The notes beneath the pieces were generated by a model, which saw only the letters and a program-made list of their open reading frames with translations, was not told the origin of the DNA and made no database searches. A stretch of 6,233 bases of DNA from a virus. The stretch is from IMG/VR virus record IMGVR_UViG_3300045988_023530. One strand, given 5' to 3'. Positions 5,636-6,233 of the stretch are shown here, in pieces. The stretch's first letter is position 1. Each line of letters begins with the position of its first letter. The translations under genes and the position numbers were made by a program.

Positions 5636-5818
5636 GTCTGGCACGCTTGCGTGCCTGGCCTCTGGTGCATACGTTGTACTGTTCTTAGGCGAGCGCCGAT
5701 TGAGCTCCATCAAATAACGAGTCCCGCATGGTGCGTTAGGGATAGGAGGCGAGTATGGCCTTTAGGCCATTTGTCTGAGCCGGATAGCCCGACCCCCTTG
5801 CGGGGTAACGCCCCCTAT
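5636..5818. other. GC-rich structured island between the VP2 stop and the rep start
   Basis: A 10-bp closing helix (5742-5751 with 5809-5818) has one G.T wobble when read on the minus strand. It encloses hairpin atggcc-ttta-ggccat (5755-5770) and hairpin CCCC-GCAA-GGGG (minus strand, 5794-5805). A separate 6-bp hairpin ggcacg-cttg-cgtgcc lies at 5640-5655. GC by hand count is 104/175 over 5641-5815. Confidence 0.55.
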
Positions 5819-6233
5819 AATTTTTCTACAATCATCTTGATAACTTTTCCAAGCAGCCTTGCGTATTCTCCTTGGCCTGTCATCTCTTCCAGCATTTTGC
5901 TGAATGCCTGGTCTTGATCCAGTTCCCAGTCTTCTCTTTCGTATTTTTTTAACATTAGCTTTATTTCCTGAGTCGGCTTGGTCATCTCGTCCAGCTTTCC
6001 TTGTGCGATTAGTCCTATATCATTGCTTAGCTTGTCGAGAATCTTCTTGTCGAATAGCATCTTCTTTTCGTCGTGAGACAGTGCTGCTATGTCTTTTTTG
6101 AAGTTTCCGTAGTACCTTTCTATTACGGAGTCCTCCCATCCATAAGACTTTCCGTTCTCGTACCATACGCTCGATTTGATAACCTTGTTCAAGTCGTCCT
6201 GGAACTGTGCGATTCTGGTCTGTACTTCCTTGT
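5815..6233 (-). CDS. VP2: VP2 DNA pilot / minor capsid protein, C-terminal part (6157-6233 duplicates 1-77; unique part is 6156..5815)
   Basis: It is in the same frame as 726..1. The ORF-track entry 5815..6192 starts at a TTG (caa at 6190-6192), which is an internal Leu codon of the longer wrapped ORF (...QFQDDLNKVIKSSVWYENGKSYGW...). The stop is TAG at 5817..5815. The joined product is 726 + 342 nt, or 355 aa. Confidence 0.8.
   Translation of the reverse strand, partial: KEVQTRIAQFQDDLNKVIKSSVWYENGKSYGWEDSVIERYYGNFKKDIAALSHDEKKMLFDKKILDKLSNDIGLIAQGKLDEMTKPTQEIKLMLKKYEREDWELDQDQAFSKMLEEMTGQGEYARLLGKVIKMIVEKL
6157..6233. repeat. Terminal direct repeat, copy 2 (identical to 1-77)
   Basis: This is the same 77-mer as 1-77. 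The length matches a typical assembler k-mer overlap, so it is most likely redundancy of a circular molecule rather than a biological repeat. Confidence 0.95.

Larger units (their letters stand above)
1..6156 (-). other. Complete circular Microviridae (Alpavirinae-like) genome unit, 6156 bp; all genes on the minus strand
   Basis: The window carries the Microviridae hallmark set: VP1 major capsid, VP2 pilot and VP4 HUH Rep. The 77-nt terminal overlap closes the circle. The VP2 reading frame is continuous across the junction because 6156 is divisible by 3. Confidence 0.9.

Noticed and set aside
4511-5818. Whether the junction-type folds are a known ribozyme, riboswitch or tRNA-like element
   Set aside because: The junction linkers (1, 1 and 3 nt) cannot hold a hammerhead core (CUGAUGA...GAA). 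I could not fit HDV-like, twister or pistol consensus elements, tRNA T-arm/D-arm signatures, or common riboswitch cores (TPP, purine, ZTP, c-di-GMP). This check was done by eye only, so an Rfam scan is still needed.
5159-6101. Plus-strand ORFs 5159..5371, 5633..5917 and 5904..6101
   Set aside because: They are antisense to rep and VP2 or cross the structured GC-rich island. They have no motifs and are inconsistent with the unidirectional gene layout.
1-6233. Search for tRNA, rRNA, CRISPR arrays, integrase/recombinase, toxin-antitoxin or defence genes
   Set aside because: None were seen. The only repeats are the terminal overlap and the short iterons, and every ORF of 100 aa or more on the coding strand is accounted for by microvirus structural or replication proteins.

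Overview
The window is one complete circular ssDNA microvirus genome (family Microviridae). It looks like an Alpavirinae-type, Bacteroidetes-associated phage, written linearly with a 77-nt overlap: bases 1-77 are identical to 6157-6233, so the unit length is 6156 bp. All credible genes are on the minus strand. In transcription order they are: a Bacteroides-type promoter (about 4176..4146); five small ORFs (4113..3130), several joined by ATGA stop/start overlaps; the major capsid protein VP1 (3133..1163); a VP3-like small protein (1157..831); a hairpin-rich spacer; the VP2 pilot/minor capsid protein, which wraps around the window ends (726..1 joined to 6156..5815, 355 aa); a GC-rich structured island; the rolling-circle Rep VP4 (5569..4604); a second GC-rich structured island containing a perfect three-way junction; and an extremely AT-rich region carrying two opposed arrays of a 10-nt iteron. 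The features not explained by standard microvirus annotation are the two GC-rich structured islands bracketing rep, the phased DnaA-box-like iteron arrays beside an AT-rich tract, and the uncharacterised small-ORF block, which includes a lipoprotein-like candidate. I found no tRNA, CRISPR array, integrase or known ribozyme core. All structure and motif calls come from hand inspection and need computational confirmation.
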